A stretch of DNA of 64,000 bases from the human T2T-CHM13v2.0 reference genome, Homo sapiens. The DNA is taken from the NCBI RefSeq assembly GCF_009914755.1, contig NC_060936.1. The stretch is one strand, 5' to 3'. Made by a program: the position numbers and the translations under genes. The notes under the pieces are model-generated. The model saw only the letters and a list, made by a program, of their open reading frames with translations, did not search any database and was not told the origin of the DNA. Below, in pieces: positions 1 through 14,089 of the stretch. How positions within the stretch are numbered: the stretch's first letter is position 1; every line of letters starts with the position of its first letter.

Positions 1-1197
1 ATCTCAACTTTTTTGCAAAGTCTCCTAAGTTTGTGGCTTATAGGATTCTCCTCGTGTCTTCAGGTTATATAAAGCCCCTGCAATGGTCTGAGATGACCTC
101 TCTTTTTTCCCTGGGAGGGCTCATGCAGCGGCAGCAACAAGTTTTTGTGAGGGCCCAAGTTTGTCGATTCATTTAATGACTGTCTTTTGTTGTGGTTCTT
201 TCCACTCAGGAAGGGCTCTCCCTTTTTCTTCGGTGCTTATTCAGTCATACCTCCTGTTTGCTGCTGAGAAAGGCCACAGAGTATTTTTATTCTGGTCATC
301 CTCTCATTACCCTTCTATAAAGCAGCCACAGGCACGGCGTAGGTAGCGTTTATAGTGGTTTTTAGTAGAGTTGGCATTCCTTTCTGTTTTTCCAAAACAC
401 AGCTAAGAAAAATCTCCTGGTAGTCAGAGAGAATGGAAGCTGCTCACCCACAGGTCAAATCCTATTACAAAGAATGCTGCTACTGCTGACATCTCTGTAT
501 GATGAAAAGGATTTTCAGCCATAGCACCCATCTTTCAGAAAGCAACATGAGACCGATTTACGCCTTCCAGCTGCTGTTTCATCTCCGTCCTTTCATCTTA
601 ATCACTTCTGGAGCACTATGCCATCTTAGCATTCGAAATTCCCAGAGACCCCTTTCAGAATAGCTCTTATTTCTCCAAATTACACAGAGCTCCACAGAGC
701 CCAGCCCCCTTTACCAAGACTGTTGAAGGCTCCCTGACTGTCAGATCCAAAGGCTGCTTCTCAGCCACTGCAATGCTTCTGGTGCTGCAACCTACACCTT
801 TATCCTTAACTAGCAAACTCTCTGAGGACCCAACACAATGCCTGGTACATAATAGGAGCACAGCGAGATCACCCACTCTGACTTGGGCCTCTGAGGAATG
901 GGCTGCCTATTATTTCTCTGACAACTCCTCTGTACCTCCCGTTTCCCACTTAAATACTTTGTGCAGCTTTAGCCTGAGTTTCTAAACTTTCCATCTCTAT
1001 TTGCGTTCTCTCTGTCTCCTGATTAATCATCTACACCCTCTGGCTTACAATTTCATCTCTTTCAGCCTCTACAATTACATACTTACTCCAGCCCCTGTGA
1101 TGTTCCTCATCCCTAATCCTCTCCACACACAGGAACACCCACAGACTAAATATTCTTGGGTATTGCTTCCAACAAAGGACTTAAAAGTTTTCTTCCA

Positions 1198-1493
<296 letters not shown>

Positions 1494-1666
1494 TTCTTCT
1501 CTTTAGGCGGTGATTTGAAACTTTGTTCACGTGTTTTCCTCTTCTGTTTACAGAAACATATAATGGATTGACCAATTCCCAATGGCTTTGCCCTTCCAAC
1601 CACTTATACTGAAGGTTGACAAATTTTTCTAGAAAGGGCTAGAAGGGCCAGATAGTAAATATTTTA

Positions 1667-2012
<346 letters not shown>

Positions 2013-2019
2013 AAGCAAC

Positions 2020-2363
2020 TGATATGGTTTGGCTGTGTCCCCACCCAAATCTCATCTTGAATTTCCATGTGGTGTGGGAGGGATCTGGTGGGAGGTAATT
2101 GAATCATGGGAGAAAGTCCTTCCTGTGCTGTTCTTGTGATTGTGAATAAGTCTCACAAGATCTGATGGTTTTAAAAGGGGAATTTCCTGGCACAAGTTCT
2201 CTTCTCTTGTCTGTCGCCATGTTAGACGTACCTTTCACCTTCCATCATGATTGCGAACCCTCTCCAGCCACGTGGAACTGTAAGTCCGATTAAACCTCTT
2301 TATTTTGTAAATTGCCCAGTCTTGGGTATGTCTTTATCAGCAGTGTGAAAATGGACTAATACA
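2020..2363 (+). mobile_element. THE1 (B/C-like) MaLR solo LTR
   Basis: TGATATGGTTTGGCTGTGTCCCCACCCAAATCTCATC...ATTAAACCTC...GGACTAATACA; 5-bp TSD GCAAC/GCAGC. Confidence 0.93.
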
Positions 2364-3049
2364 GCAGCTACAGATAATATGCAAATTATGATTATGGCTA
2401 TGTTCCAATAAAACTGTATTTACAAGAGAGTCCAGTGGGCAAGATTTTATTTGTGGGCCAAAGTTGGTCAATCCCGGATCTAGACTATTTATATAGCTTT
2501 AGTCTTTGAACCAGTAAAGTGAGAGTCCCAGTGTAATTTCTGTGATCAAATTCAGGTCAGATTGCTGTGTTCTGTCACAGCAATGGAGTACCTGAACTCT
2601 TCTGAAAGGTATGCCCAGATACTTTCAAACTTTTCTCTCACTCTAGCTGAAACTTGGGTTCCACTTTCTGCTGCTTTTCCAGGTCTCTATTGACTTAATC
2701 CTTTGCAGCTAGGAGAAACACTCCAAAATAGTAAGGGCTGTCTCTAGACAAGACCCTGCTACCAACTTTGCCTGCTGCTTATTGCTCCTACAAATTGGAC
2801 ACACAACTTCCTCTACCACTGCCCTCAAAGAACCAAAGGCTCCGTTCTATGCTTGCCAAAGAATCCTGTCTCTCTGCTCACTGCTTACATCCACCTTCCT
2901 AGTCTTGCATTGTTTGTCTGCTTGGCAGGACCTAGGCCACTTGCAGAACCAGCATTGCAAAGGAGTCTGAAAACTGTTGCTCTCTACCTTTTATAGTGCA
3001 GGATGGTGCAATGGGATAGCTGAGTGGGTGAATGGCCGTACCTGCCATG

Positions 3050-3200
3050 ACCATTTATGGGCCACAACCTTAGGTGAATTGCTTTGAGTTTTCCTGTAGA
3101 TAAAACGAGGACAAAAGGAAATTTCTCATAGTATTGGTAAGATGATGTTTGTAAAACATCTACCACATAATAGGTGCTCAATAAATAGCCATTATATCAT
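3050..3200 (+). mobile_element. MIR fragment
   Basis: Degenerate MIR core ending ATAGGTGCTCAATAAATAG. Confidence 0.55.
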
Positions 3201-3479
3201 TATGAACAGACACTAAGTTAACGAATGCATTTTAAAATATATAAACACACAATGACCATATTAAGAAAAAATTTCTTATGTTTAAAAGCATACAGAAATA
3301 AGAAGCATGGAGCAAGCTTCTCATCTCAATAAGTTTAGTGTTCTGACTTGCTGAAATTCTGTCTTTTGGTTAGTTCAAACTAATCCAAAAATAGTCTTAG
3401 CTCATGTGTATTTCCTGAATCCAGTGCTTCTAGTCTAACTCCAGACTCTAAGACATTACCATATCTTTTCATTCATAAA

Positions 3480-3585
3480 ACATGTTTTCTGGTTATAAAA
3501 TTTACACATGATCACTCCAGGAAAACTGGAAAATACAGAGAAGTATAAAGAAGAAGGTAAAAATCATAAATAGTCTATCATGCTC
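3480..3585 (-). mobile_element. L1ME 3' end fragment
   Basis: GAAAACTGGAAAATACAGAGAAGTATAAAGAAGAA motif typical of antisense L1ME3/4 3' UTR. Confidence 0.55.
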
Positions 3586-4098
3586 ATTCTTAATTTATGC
3601 ATGATAAAGAAAAAAGGCATCCATGGTAGCCAATTCAGATGTTCGTTGCTTAATGTTAATGGAATTGAGGTTTAAGTTTAGCAAAAATTTGAACACGTTT
3701 CTAATTTGTTTCTCCTTAACATTTGGAGAGGCAGTTATAACTGTCATCCTCTTTTTATAATGGAAGGAACTGACCAGAGGTGACCAGTGTGTGTTTTCAC
3801 AGCTTGTGACTTGATGCTAGGAGTTGAATTTGGGTCTTCAGAACCCAGGTATTGCTCTCTTTTCATTATCCGATACTTATTTTCTTTCTACGAGCTGTGT
3901 CACCCTGCGGTCAATCAGCAACACACAGGGAACAATTCCAGGGAACAATTCCATTGCATACCTCCCAATTATACTCTTGAGGTGAGCCATTCTTAGCCAC
4001 TTTCAATTAAAAAGTGAATTCATATTATCCACTCAGTTTAGGAAAGATAGTGTTTGCCAAAGATTGTGCCAATTTGTTGCTTAGAAATAACCTTGGGG

Positions 4099-4410
4099 GG
4101 CCAGGCACAGTGGCTCACGCCTGTAATCCCAGCACTTTGGAAGGCTGAGGCAAGTGGATCACCTGAGGCCATGAGTACAAGACCAGCCTGGCCAGCATGG
4201 TGAAACACCATCTCTACTAAAAATAAAAAAAATTAGCCAGGCATGGTGTTAGGTGCCTGTAATCCCAGCTACTTGGGAGGCTGAGGCAGGAGAATCGCTT
4301 GAACCCAGAAGGCGGAGACTGCAAGAGCTGAGATCATGCCACTGCACTCCAGCCTGGGCAACAGGAGCGAAACTCCACTTCAAAATAAATAAATAAATAA
4401 AAAGAAAGAA
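4099..4410 (+). mobile_element. Alu SINE, AluS (Sq/Sx-like)
   Basis: Full dimer; CAACAGGAGCGAAACTCC end; (TAAA)n tail. Confidence 0.95.
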
Positions 4411-5751
4411 TTTTGAGATGATGACATAATGAATTTACAGCACAAGAAGTGGTTTATTGTATTATAAAGATGGGAATTTTGTTTTTTGACTATGTATGCT
4501 TAGCACATACTAGGGTCTTAAATATCTCTTGAACTTAATTCATGTTTATAACAAATGTACTTGATGTATGGAGAAACATGTTTCTAAACTGTTTACTAGT
4601 GATCAGTCTATGCTTAGAAGGAGTTATTTCCTCATTTTTGGTGAAATGGAAGTAAAAGACAACAAATGAGTACCATCTAATTTAAGTTAATTTGACTGAT
4701 TCTTTTTAATGCATTAAAGTGTACTCTGACATAATGTTTGAGTTTAGAAGTTAAATGAGGTAAAACAAAACCAAAGAAACCTGGATATGTGCAAGATGCA
4801 CCAATATCCTTTTTTGGTCTGTTCTTTGGGGGCTGTGTTCCTCTTCCTTTCTGTATTAAACTGCAGGACATTCGATAAATTGCCCCAGCACTGTTGTTAA
4901 ACTCAGGTCATGTACTTCACTGTTATACATAGACCTATTCTTAATTGACTCAGTTTCACCAGGGCTAAAAACCAGTATAGAGGAAAAAAATCACTTTGTG
5001 TGGCTGGTAGAAGAGGATGGGCCCGATTAATTTCTTAGGGACATTTAGGTCCCACACCAGGGCTGTGGGAAGCAGAGCTAATTCTACTGGTGCACAATTG
5101 CTCCACAAGGTCCAGCACTGCTCAGGATAGACTGTGTATCCCCTTATGTATCCATGCACTGGGGATGAGTCATGATCAATAGGTAATCATGGGCGTGATG
5201 GAGGCCTGGCCCAGAGCAGCAAGAGCAGCGGATGGGATGTGCCATCAAATTATCTCCTGAGAACTAGAGTGACTGTGTGATTCCCTGTGCAGTATGTACA
5301 CAGAGGTAGAATTTCTTCTAGAATGTTACCATATTGTCTTTGTCTATTTGCCTTTTCATTGTTTTCTGTGGGCTTTATTTGCTCTGCTTCTTAGCTAGCT
5401 TTTTCCTCATTGCATTTCATATAACTAAAAAGAAATAGTCTCTCACAAGGCAGAAAAGTTGGAGAAGGTGAACAGGTGTCAGTTTCTTCCCCTCTTATGA
5501 TCACCTACTAGTCAACAGATGTCACCAAAGACAGCCTCAGATGAAACATTGCCATAGGATTGCTTTAGTAGAAATATTTCCAGGCTGGGAATAGATTATT
5601 GTGATCTATTTTCAATGCAAGTCAACAGGGATATTTTATTCCTTGACACTGTGCTTTATTTGTATTTTTAATAAAATTAGAAAGTGCCTACTGTTGTGAA
5701 CATCTTCAGATTTACTTAGTGGTCAAAATAGCAATTAAAGATGAAAACCTA

Positions 5752-6039
5752 GGCCTGGCACAGTGGCTCATGCCTGTAATCCCAGCACTTTGGGAGGCGG
5801 AGGCGGGAGGATCACCTGAGGTCAGGAGTTCGAGACCAGCCTGGCCAACATGGTGAAACCCCGTCTCTACTAAAAATACCAAAACTAGCCGGGCGTGGTG
5901 GCAGGTGCCTGTAATCCTAGCTACCTGGGGGGCTGAGGCAGTAGAATCGCTTGAACTCAGGAGGCGGAGGTTGCAGTGAGCCGAGATGGCGCCGTTGTAC
6001 TCCAGCCTGGGGAACAAGAGCAAGACTTTGTCTCAAAAA

Positions 6040-6066
<27 letters not shown>
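5752..6066 (+). mobile_element. Alu SINE, AluSq/Sp-like
   Basis: Full dimer; long poly(A); TSD GAAAACCTAG at 5743-5752 and 6067-6076. Confidence 0.95.
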
Positions 6067-6071
<5 letters not shown>

Positions 6072-6240
6072 CCTAGTTCTAGTTCTTTAATTCTTAGGAA
6101 AGTATGAATTCTGGGGTGGAAGTTTAGTTCTTTCTCCAGGGTTAAATTCTGTCTTTAAAAGCATGTTACTTGTAAAATACCCTTTGCTTCCTCATTTCCT
6201 TAAAGTGGTCAGATGGACATATTTACATTTATCTCTAGAG

Positions 6241-6412
6241 AAGTGATTCTCAAACATGGCTACACATTAGAATCACCTGGGGGTATTTTAGGACGTACTG
6301 TTCAAACCTGCAGTGAGTCTCATTTAATTGCTTTGGGGGGGTGTGGTCTGAGCTCTGGGATTTTGAAAACTTTCTTTTGATTCTAACGTGCAACCAAAGT
6401 TGAGAACCACTG
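6241..6412. mobile_element. MER5B-like hAT-Charlie MITE
   Basis: TIRs AAGTGATTCTCAA...TTGAGAACCACTG; ATTAGAATCACCTGG core; 8-bp flanks CTCTAGAG/TTCTAGAA. Confidence 0.85.
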
Positions 6413-6433
6413 TTCTAGAACAAGGACATCATA

Positions 6434-6910
6434 GTGCATCAGTTGGATTCTTGGTGGTTTATAGCTATTAAAATTGACTCTTGCTAACACATACAAAAGA
6501 AATTTATTGAAAGGATAAAGGGAAAATCATTTGGCTCAACCGAATAGCTAAATTTCCAGGTTGCAGAGAGGACAGAAACCAAGACAATTATGGCAATTGA
6601 GATAACATGGACGAATGGACAAACTCTTCAGGTTATCACTGCTGGGATGAAGTGGCTCCAGCTCTTTTCTGTCCCTGAAGTTCTGCTTAAAGTTCAAATT
6701 TCAGGGAGAGAAAGAGGATTGGCCAAGCTCATAGCCCTACCCTTAGCCAGGAGAAGGTGGGATGGGGTAGTTACCCAAAGGGAAATTGATTTGCTCCTCT
6801 CAGAAGATGGCACTGTTGATTCTTGGCAGACAATCGTAACAGATGTCCCCACACCCTGAAACCATTTTGCTCTGGAGGAGGAGGATGTAAGGAACGTTTC
6901 TCTCAAAAGG
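6434..6910 (-). mobile_element. Old MaLR LTR (MLT1K/L-like)
   Basis: GCATCAGTTGGATTCTTGG...AAGAAATTTATTGAAAGGATA start typical of antisense MLT1K/L; right boundary approximate. Confidence 0.55.
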
Positions 6911-7788
6911 CAATTGGCTCCGGATCAGACTCCCTTGGTGTCTGCTAATTTGTTCATGGTAGTTACTCATTCATTCAGAAAATGTTTATTGAATATCTAT
7001 AATATGAAAGTTTCTCTGGGAATTCCCATGTTGAGAAAGTAGTTGATGCTGTCAGGATACTTACAATTTCATCACGGTAAGGAGACATGCAAATATAAAC
7101 ATCATACACCAGGTAATGTGTGATTAGTTCCATAGAGGAAAAACAGAAGTGGCCAGAGAACCAGTATTTGAATGTCTACAGTTTGTTCGGCTCTCACAGG
7201 TGCAGGTCAGTGAAAAGAAGACAGAGACCTTCAGTTGTCCCTGGACAAGTTTGATCCTTGCATCATTTACCCATGGTTAGAATTTCTGATCTTCTGACCG
7301 AATCCTTTCCTAGTGTTTCTCAGTGTCTTGGCCCAGCTTATTGATGGTACTTTCCGTGTGGTGTACCTGGACTTACAGAACTGCCTTCACCCTCTTTGCT
7401 TTAGTTGTCTTTTCTGGACATAACCTCATGTTTTCCTAACTTAGAACACTTACCACTATTATTATTTTTTTCTGAGCCACTGTACTGACATAGGCTCACA
7501 TTCTTGCTTTGTTTTGCTGAACAAGATCCAAGAAGACAGGCTCTCTCCTTGGTATTAGGCACATTCTTTATTTGGCCTGTGGAAGATGCTACAGGGGCAG
7601 AAAATGTATTCATAAAACTGTTCTCTGACCTCTTAGGCTTATGTTCTAAACTCAAACATTGTTCAGCGACTCTATGTTAGACCTGTAGCATACTTCAGTC
7701 CAATTTTCCTAATTTCATATGGACATTATGGTGGAAATCTGCCAAAGCTAACAATATAGCAATAGCGACAATTGTGGAAATCAGAATT

Positions 7789-7919
7789 GTTGGGCATACA
7801 GGCACTCACCTGTAGTCTCAGCTACTTGAGAGAATGAGGTGGGAGGATGGTTTGAGTCCTGGAGTTTGAGTCTAGACTGAACATAGTGAGACCATATCTC
7901 TTAAAAAATAGAAAAAGAA
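7789..7919 (+). mobile_element. Free Alu monomer (FLAM/FAM-like)
   Basis: Single Alu arm with A-rich tail; TSD GAAATCAGAAT at 7777-7787 and 7920-7930. Confidence 0.85.
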
Positions 7920-8099
7920 GAAATCAGAATATGTTCCAATTTTTAAATTAAAACACAAAACTAAAGGATCCAAGTTAATAATAAAAATAATAGCTAACAT
8001 TTCTTGAGTGTTTATCATGCTCGGTCCATGGTATGTAATAAATGCCTAATAAAGATTGGTTGTGGTTTTCTGGTTCTTTGTTGCTGTTATTGTTAATAT

Positions 8100-8300
8100 A
8101 GCTTGACAGGCATTGTGGTATATTTACAAACTTATTTAGTCCTTCCAACAATCCTATGAGGTCAAGGTACTCCTATTTTCCACACCTTACAGATGAGGAC
8201 ACTTAGTAAGTACACAGGCATTCAAGAACTTGTCCAAGGCCCACAGTTAATAAGTGGAATGACCTGGAATCAAACCTAGGCAGCAGGGCTTCATTCTCTT
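8100..8300 (-). mobile_element. MIR
   Basis: ACAATCCTATGAGG...TTACAGATGAGGAC...ACTTGTCCAAGGCCCACAG antisense core. Confidence 0.75.
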
Positions 8301-9599
8301 AATTTCAAGATGGTTATTGTTATTTTTACTGATGAATACATGTGCCTACATGTGGTTGCTTCACAAATGTTTGTTGAGTGAGTGAATGAATTAATGAATA
8401 AATGAATGGAGAGTTCTATAGCTGGCTTTATTTTTTTTCAGCATGATCCCCACCACCATACTCTGGAACACATGAATTCAAATGTATTTTTAATTTTATC
8501 TAAGACATAGTTATGATGACATCTTAGCTATTACAAAAACACCCTATGTTCTACAAACTTTACTTACAGTTTACCCAGATGTTTCGTTAATGTGGTTCCT
8601 CATGGTTTTATTGGTTTGAATAACTGAGATATGCTTATCTTCAGGAGAATAATGATGTATTGTACCAGTGTAGACAAAGCTTCAGGAAAATGCAGCCATA
8701 AGCAAGAGAGGCAAGGGGGGCGTTTTGTTCTTGTTGTTTTCCTGATTCTGTTTCCTGTGCTTGCTTTCTGTAGGCTGGAAATGACTCTCCCTGAAGTTAA
8801 TTCCTCAATTGTCCTTGCACTGTCAGATGCCTTTCTTTCTGAAGGATTTCCTTAATCCGCTGTGGTACTTTAAGTGGCTGTCTTGATAACACCAAATGTC
8901 ATCTGGCAAGTGAATGACCTTACCTGCTATCCACATATATTGTCAGAGGGAACTGTGAACTTTGTTTTGGCTTTAATTTTAAGAGCCTGAATCCCAAGGC
9001 AGATATCACAAACATGAAGACCTATCCTATTCCTGCTTCTGTACATTGCTGGAGAATAATAGAATTATTGCTCTTTTTATTTGTGTTTATTTTTCTATTT
9101 TTGGAAGAGCTACTCATTGTTAAGTGATAGAGAAAGAATGCCAATAAACCAATACCTGGGTGAATCATGGACTGAGAGTAACCCTGCTGCGGATGCTACA
9201 AAGATACTGCTGTGTCTTTCAAACCAGGAGAGCTTGAAAGTGACTATTTACAGTACCTCTTTATAAAACGTTGCCCTCAGTTTAAGTTGTGCTATGACAA
9301 AACAAATGGCTCTGATAAACACTGGAGTCTATTCTTCCTATGCTAGCGACAGCAAAGCCTGGACATACTCCTGAGCCTAGTTTACAGAAGATTCTCTGTT
9401 TAGAGGCAGAGTTGACATGGCTTCTGTGCTGAAGCAAATATCCAATCAACGCACAGAGCTAGGCTGGCGGGATGGTGGACAGGGGTGGTATTAGGTGAAC
9501 TCATCCCTATCGCTGCATAAAACAAAAGAAAGAGAAAGTCTCCAGGTATGCGGCTTATCAAACAATCCTATGCATCCAATTCAGACCAGATTGTGTTGG

Positions 9600-10140
9600 A
9601 CAAAATTACCTTTGATCCAAATTTTAAAGGAGTAGGAGTTGGCTCAGCAGAGAAGTAAGGAGAGCATTCCAGGGAAGGAGGAATGAGTAGATATTTTAAA
9701 AGAACAAGAAACTATGAGTGGTTGATATAGCTATGTGCAGGATAAGGCAGGGAAAGAATACAAAGACTAGATTACAAAGGCTTTGTTTCCCAACATGAAG
9801 GTTTCTGCTTTATCCAGAGGGCTCTGGGGAGAGGGAAAGTAGCAGTGTTAAATTTCCATTTGAGAACCATCATTCTGATTGGCAAGGTGAAGGCTGAGCT
9901 GGAGGTGACTGAAAGCTAGAGACATGAAGATGAGGTTCAAAGGGTGGTTGAAGGATGAAGAAGAGGGGCTTACAGTTATGAGATATTTTAGGAGGTAAAA
10001 TCAGCAGAATTTGGTGGGTGTTGGAACTTGAGTAAAAGCAATTAAGGACTGACTTCCTCTAGGCTGGGTAGCTGGCTGAATGGTGGCACTGACTTCAAGG
10101 GAAAAGAAGGCAGGAAAAGAAGCAGGTTTGGAGAAAAACA
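9600..10140 (-). mobile_element. L2 LINE fragment
   Basis: Purine-rich antisense L2 (GAGCATTCCAGGGAAG, AGGAGGTAAAATCAGCAGAATTTGGTG). Confidence 0.65.
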
Positions 10141-10618
10141 TTACATGTGGTGACATCTACAAAAGCTGACTAGATTTATATACTGGGCTGTGTTATCAGC
10201 CCCAGCTTATCTCATGTCAATATATAGTGGTATTTAAGTTCTCAGCCCTGGCTCATTCAACCCAGTGGTCCCTGTTAAGGTTGTCACTATGGATTCTCTT
10301 GTGAATCATTTCAAGACCATAGGAGCTTGAAAGCAGAGGCATTTTATCTCAAAATGGCTGGAGGTTCATTCTCCCCAATGCTTGACCCTTAGACTGGAGA
10401 ACCAAAAACAATTTGGCTTACCAGCCTCTTGGAGAGTAGACTAGTGGTACAGCAACCAAGCTACACTGGGCAACAATCAAACCACTGGACCTCAAGGGGA
10501 AGTTCACACCAAGTCTGCCTCAATCAGGGTCTTGTGTTCTCTCAACCCCTTCACACAGAGCTCCCTCATACATGGAGCCCACACATTTCTACTTCTCTCT
10601 TCTTCCACCCTCACAGCC

Positions 10619-10977
10619 TACTGTGGTTTGAGTGTGTCTAAGTTATGGGTGTTTAAATTATGGGGGCTTCACCCTCATGAAGGGACTAATGCAGTCCTCT
10701 TGGGATTAAATTACTTTGTTCAAGACTAGGTTAGTTCTCACAAGAGTAGGTTGTCATGAAGCAGGCCAGCCTGCTTCATCTGCCCTCTTTTTGCATGACT
10801 TGCTTTCCCTTTCAATTTTCCACCATGCCATAAAGCAGCAAAAGGCCCTCACTAGATACAGCTCCTTGATCTTGAACTTCTCAGCTTCCAGAACTGTGAG
10901 CCAAAATAAACCTCTTTTCTTTATTAATTACTCAGTCTCAAGTACTCTCTTATAGCAAGAGAAAACAGACTAGTACA
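10619..10977 (+). mobile_element. MST-family MaLR solo LTR
   Basis: CCAGAACTGTGAGCCAAAATAAACCTCTTTTC...GACTAGTACA end; perfect TSD CAGCC at 10614-10618 and 10978-10982. Confidence 0.88.
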
Positions 10978-11348
10978 CAGCCCTTCTGCAAAATAGGGTC
11001 CAAACATCTTATGCTCTTGGTCACCCTTGGGCTGCTTGCACAACAAGCATTTTACCATTTTCAAAACTCATTCTTTTGAGTTTCAAAGTCTTTTCCTAGG
11101 TTAATGGGATCTCAAAGATAATAACAAAAGTATCCCATCATTCTACCTTCACCTGCATAATCCTCTCCACCCAAGTATTTCAGGGAGTGCCCAGAGGATG
11201 TTGCACATGTGCTCAGAGTACTCATGTTCTTTTGTTCTGACTGGTCACCACAACCAGACACCACTGCTGCTCCTACTGGCGTCTTGCCTCTTTGGTGGAC
11301 ATACTGATGTTTGTACCGTGGGTCTTTTAAGAATTATCTATTCTATGC

Positions 11349-11746
11349 TGTGATCATTAATTTTAGGTGTCAACTTAGCTAGATTATGGTGCTCGGTTGT
11401 TTGGTCAAACACTAGTCTAGATGTTGCTGTGGAAGGATTTCGTAAATGTGGTTAACCTTTACAATTAGTTGAATATAAGTAAACCCTCCACAATGTGGGA
11501 AGCTCTCAGCCAGTCTGTTGAAAATCTTAAGAGCAAAAACTGAGGTTCCCCAGAGAAGAAAGAATTCTGCCTCAAGACCGTAACATGAAAATACGAAGTT
11601 TCTGAGTTTCCAGTTGCTGGCCTCCCCTGTGGACTTCAGACTTGCCAGTCACCAACAACTGCATGAGCCAATTTTTTAAAATAAATCTCTTTCTGTATAT
11701 GTGTCTCCTAATAGTTCTGTCTCCTTGGAGAACTTGGACAAACACA
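11349..11746 (+). mobile_element. MLT2 (C/D-like) ERVL LTR
   Basis: TGTGATCATTAATTTTAGGTGTCAACTT...TTTGGTCAAACACTAGTCTAGATGTTGCTGTG; AATAAA; ends ACA. Confidence 0.88.
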
Positions 11747-14089
11747 GATATTTATGTCAATGGTACTCTGATACTCTGAGCCTTCTCAATTCTTGACGTT
11801 CCAAAGCTTATGGATGTCTTTGCAGGGAGAAGGTCTCTTTCCTTCACTTGTATGGTTAATCACTCAGGCCCAAAGTGACCCTCCCCATCCCTCCCTGAGT
11901 CTCCATCTACCCAAGATGTTCGTAAAGACTTCTCTCCTAGCATCCATCTGTAGCGATCACGTCACACTACTTAATTACAGGTCCTAGAAGGTAGAGGGCC
12001 AATATTCTTGCCTGAAGCTGCATAAAGGGTTGACACCACATTTACTTTGCTCACTCATGTGCCCCAGTTCCTAGTAAAATACTGCCATGTAGTATGTACT
12101 AAATAAATACTTATTGATTGACACATTGAGACAGATACTTCCTACTCTCTGCTTTACTAGTCACTTTCTCTAGATCCAACAATCCAAGTGTAAATCAACT
12201 CCTACCTGTCCTGCCTACCACCAGCCTGTTCATCAGACCAAGTCTGAGTACCACTTTAGGCTCTAATTGAAGAAGCAGGGCTAGGCAGTCCCCTTCCTCT
12301 CTGGCTGGAATTCATCACCCCACCTGCTCCCTTCCCACAAATCTTTGCCAAGCAGAATCCAGCTCATTTGTCTCACTTTGCATTTTAATTACTTTTTTCC
12401 ACTATCTCCCCAACAAGAATGAGTCCCTGGCTTATTTAATCTTCTCAGTGCCTCAAATAGTACCTGGTACCTCTTATATCCTTAAGTAATTTTTCATAAA
12501 AGAAAGAATGGATGGAAAAAGAAAGGAAAAGAGGAAGGCAGAAGGAATGAGACAAAGGGAAAAAATGGAAGAGGGAAAGAAAGGGGGAGTTGATTTGAGA
12601 AACAAATCCCTAGTTTTAAGGCCGCCTCCACCCCTGCTTGGAATTGCATTTCGTTTTGTCATATTCAGGTAACAAAATTTCTCCAAGCTGGTAAATTAAT
12701 TACTTTCAGAGTCCTATTAATTTTAAAACTGTTGATGCAATACATTGAACAGGATGCTTGTGGCTTGAAGGAACAGAACAGAAGCTAACTTAAAACCTGA
12801 ACCTGAAAACTCAATTCACTAGACTAAATTTATTTCCTACACTCACACTCCAGATCAGTCACTTAAGGCTGTAATGGAGAACAATTATATTGCATGATAT
12901 ATTTTGACTAATGAGAATGTGGGAAGGTACTTCTGCGACTGCAATGCACGTGGCTTCTAATATGGCTAAGTGGGACTGATGCCTGGTTTGCTGAAATCTA
13001 GTGTTAAAATTGTTGTATTTGCAGCCACATCCTAGAGAGACTCAGATGGAAGAATCCTCTACAATTAGAATGTCAAATCACACTTTTTCCTCTTCAAATT
13101 GCATTTCTAAAAATAAGATAATGAAAACATGTATTTGTGTGGGAGAGGACTTCTTGTGGAAGGCTGCAAATAAGACACATGAAAATGTCTGTGCTCAGAA
13201 ACCCCATTCAGGAGGAGACTTTCACTGCAGGGAGCTTCTCTGCCATAAAGAAGGTTGCACAATGTGTTCTGTGCACAAAAGGGTAGCAGCCCAGGAAGCT
13301 GATTGCATTTCTAAGCCTCTAGAGTGAAAAGGTATGCAGACAACATTGTTTTACTGGTTCAGGCTAGTTTTTCCTCTTGCCTGTCATTTAATCTCAGACA
13401 TTCCTTGAAGGAGTTGGGGAAAGACTTCTAAAGATTACTAAACCATGCAGCAGCTTTAAACCTTTAAAATGGTCCACTACTGAGTACGTTTGGTGGCCAC
13501 TAGGTAACGGAAGGCATCTAAGAAGTCCTGAAGTAATCCCATAGGATTTCTCCCATCCTTCTTTTCCCCAGCTTCCCCAGTGCAGATAAAACTAGATATA
13601 GTAAAAAGGTTTAGGGTTGTCATTAGTGATGAGTGAAAGACTCAGCTGATCTGTGAGCTTCCTTCCTTAAGGAGACTATTTCTTACTGATGTGAGTGACT
13701 AGAGGCCACCTATCTTTTGGAATAAAAGAAAATATCAAGTGGAAGGAAAAGTTTGGAGAAAATCATCTCCTTAAGATTTTTTTTTTTTATTTTTTATTTT
13801 GGAGAAGTGGTATTTTTAAACCCAGAAATAGGCATTTGGAGTGCCCCTTTCTTTCTTTTCTAAAGTTAATGGATATTTTAGAAATATAATATTTCTCTGA
13901 CTCAAGTGAAGATGAGAGTCAAACTTCGTTTGAAGCAAGACAGAAATAATGTTTTTATTTTAACAATCAAGTACTTACTAGGAGGTAATTAGCATGCTAG
14001 GAACCGAACCAGCTATAAGTTGTTGAACTACATATTGTTATGGAGATTACTGGCAGTATTTTGAAAACATTTGCTTTCATTGCTTCCTG

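Noticed and set aside
7018-7027. Perfect NF-kB sites GGGAATTCCC (7018) and GGGAATTTCC (2178)
   Set aside because: Isolated; a few such matches are expected by chance in 64 kb
10190-11340. Possible ERVL internal sequence next to the MLT2 LTR
   Set aside because: No polypurine tract before the LTR and no gag/pol motif seen; left unassigned
13001-13327. 108-aa ORF in unique sequence
   Set aside because: Non-ATG start, no recognisable homology, and a length expected by chance
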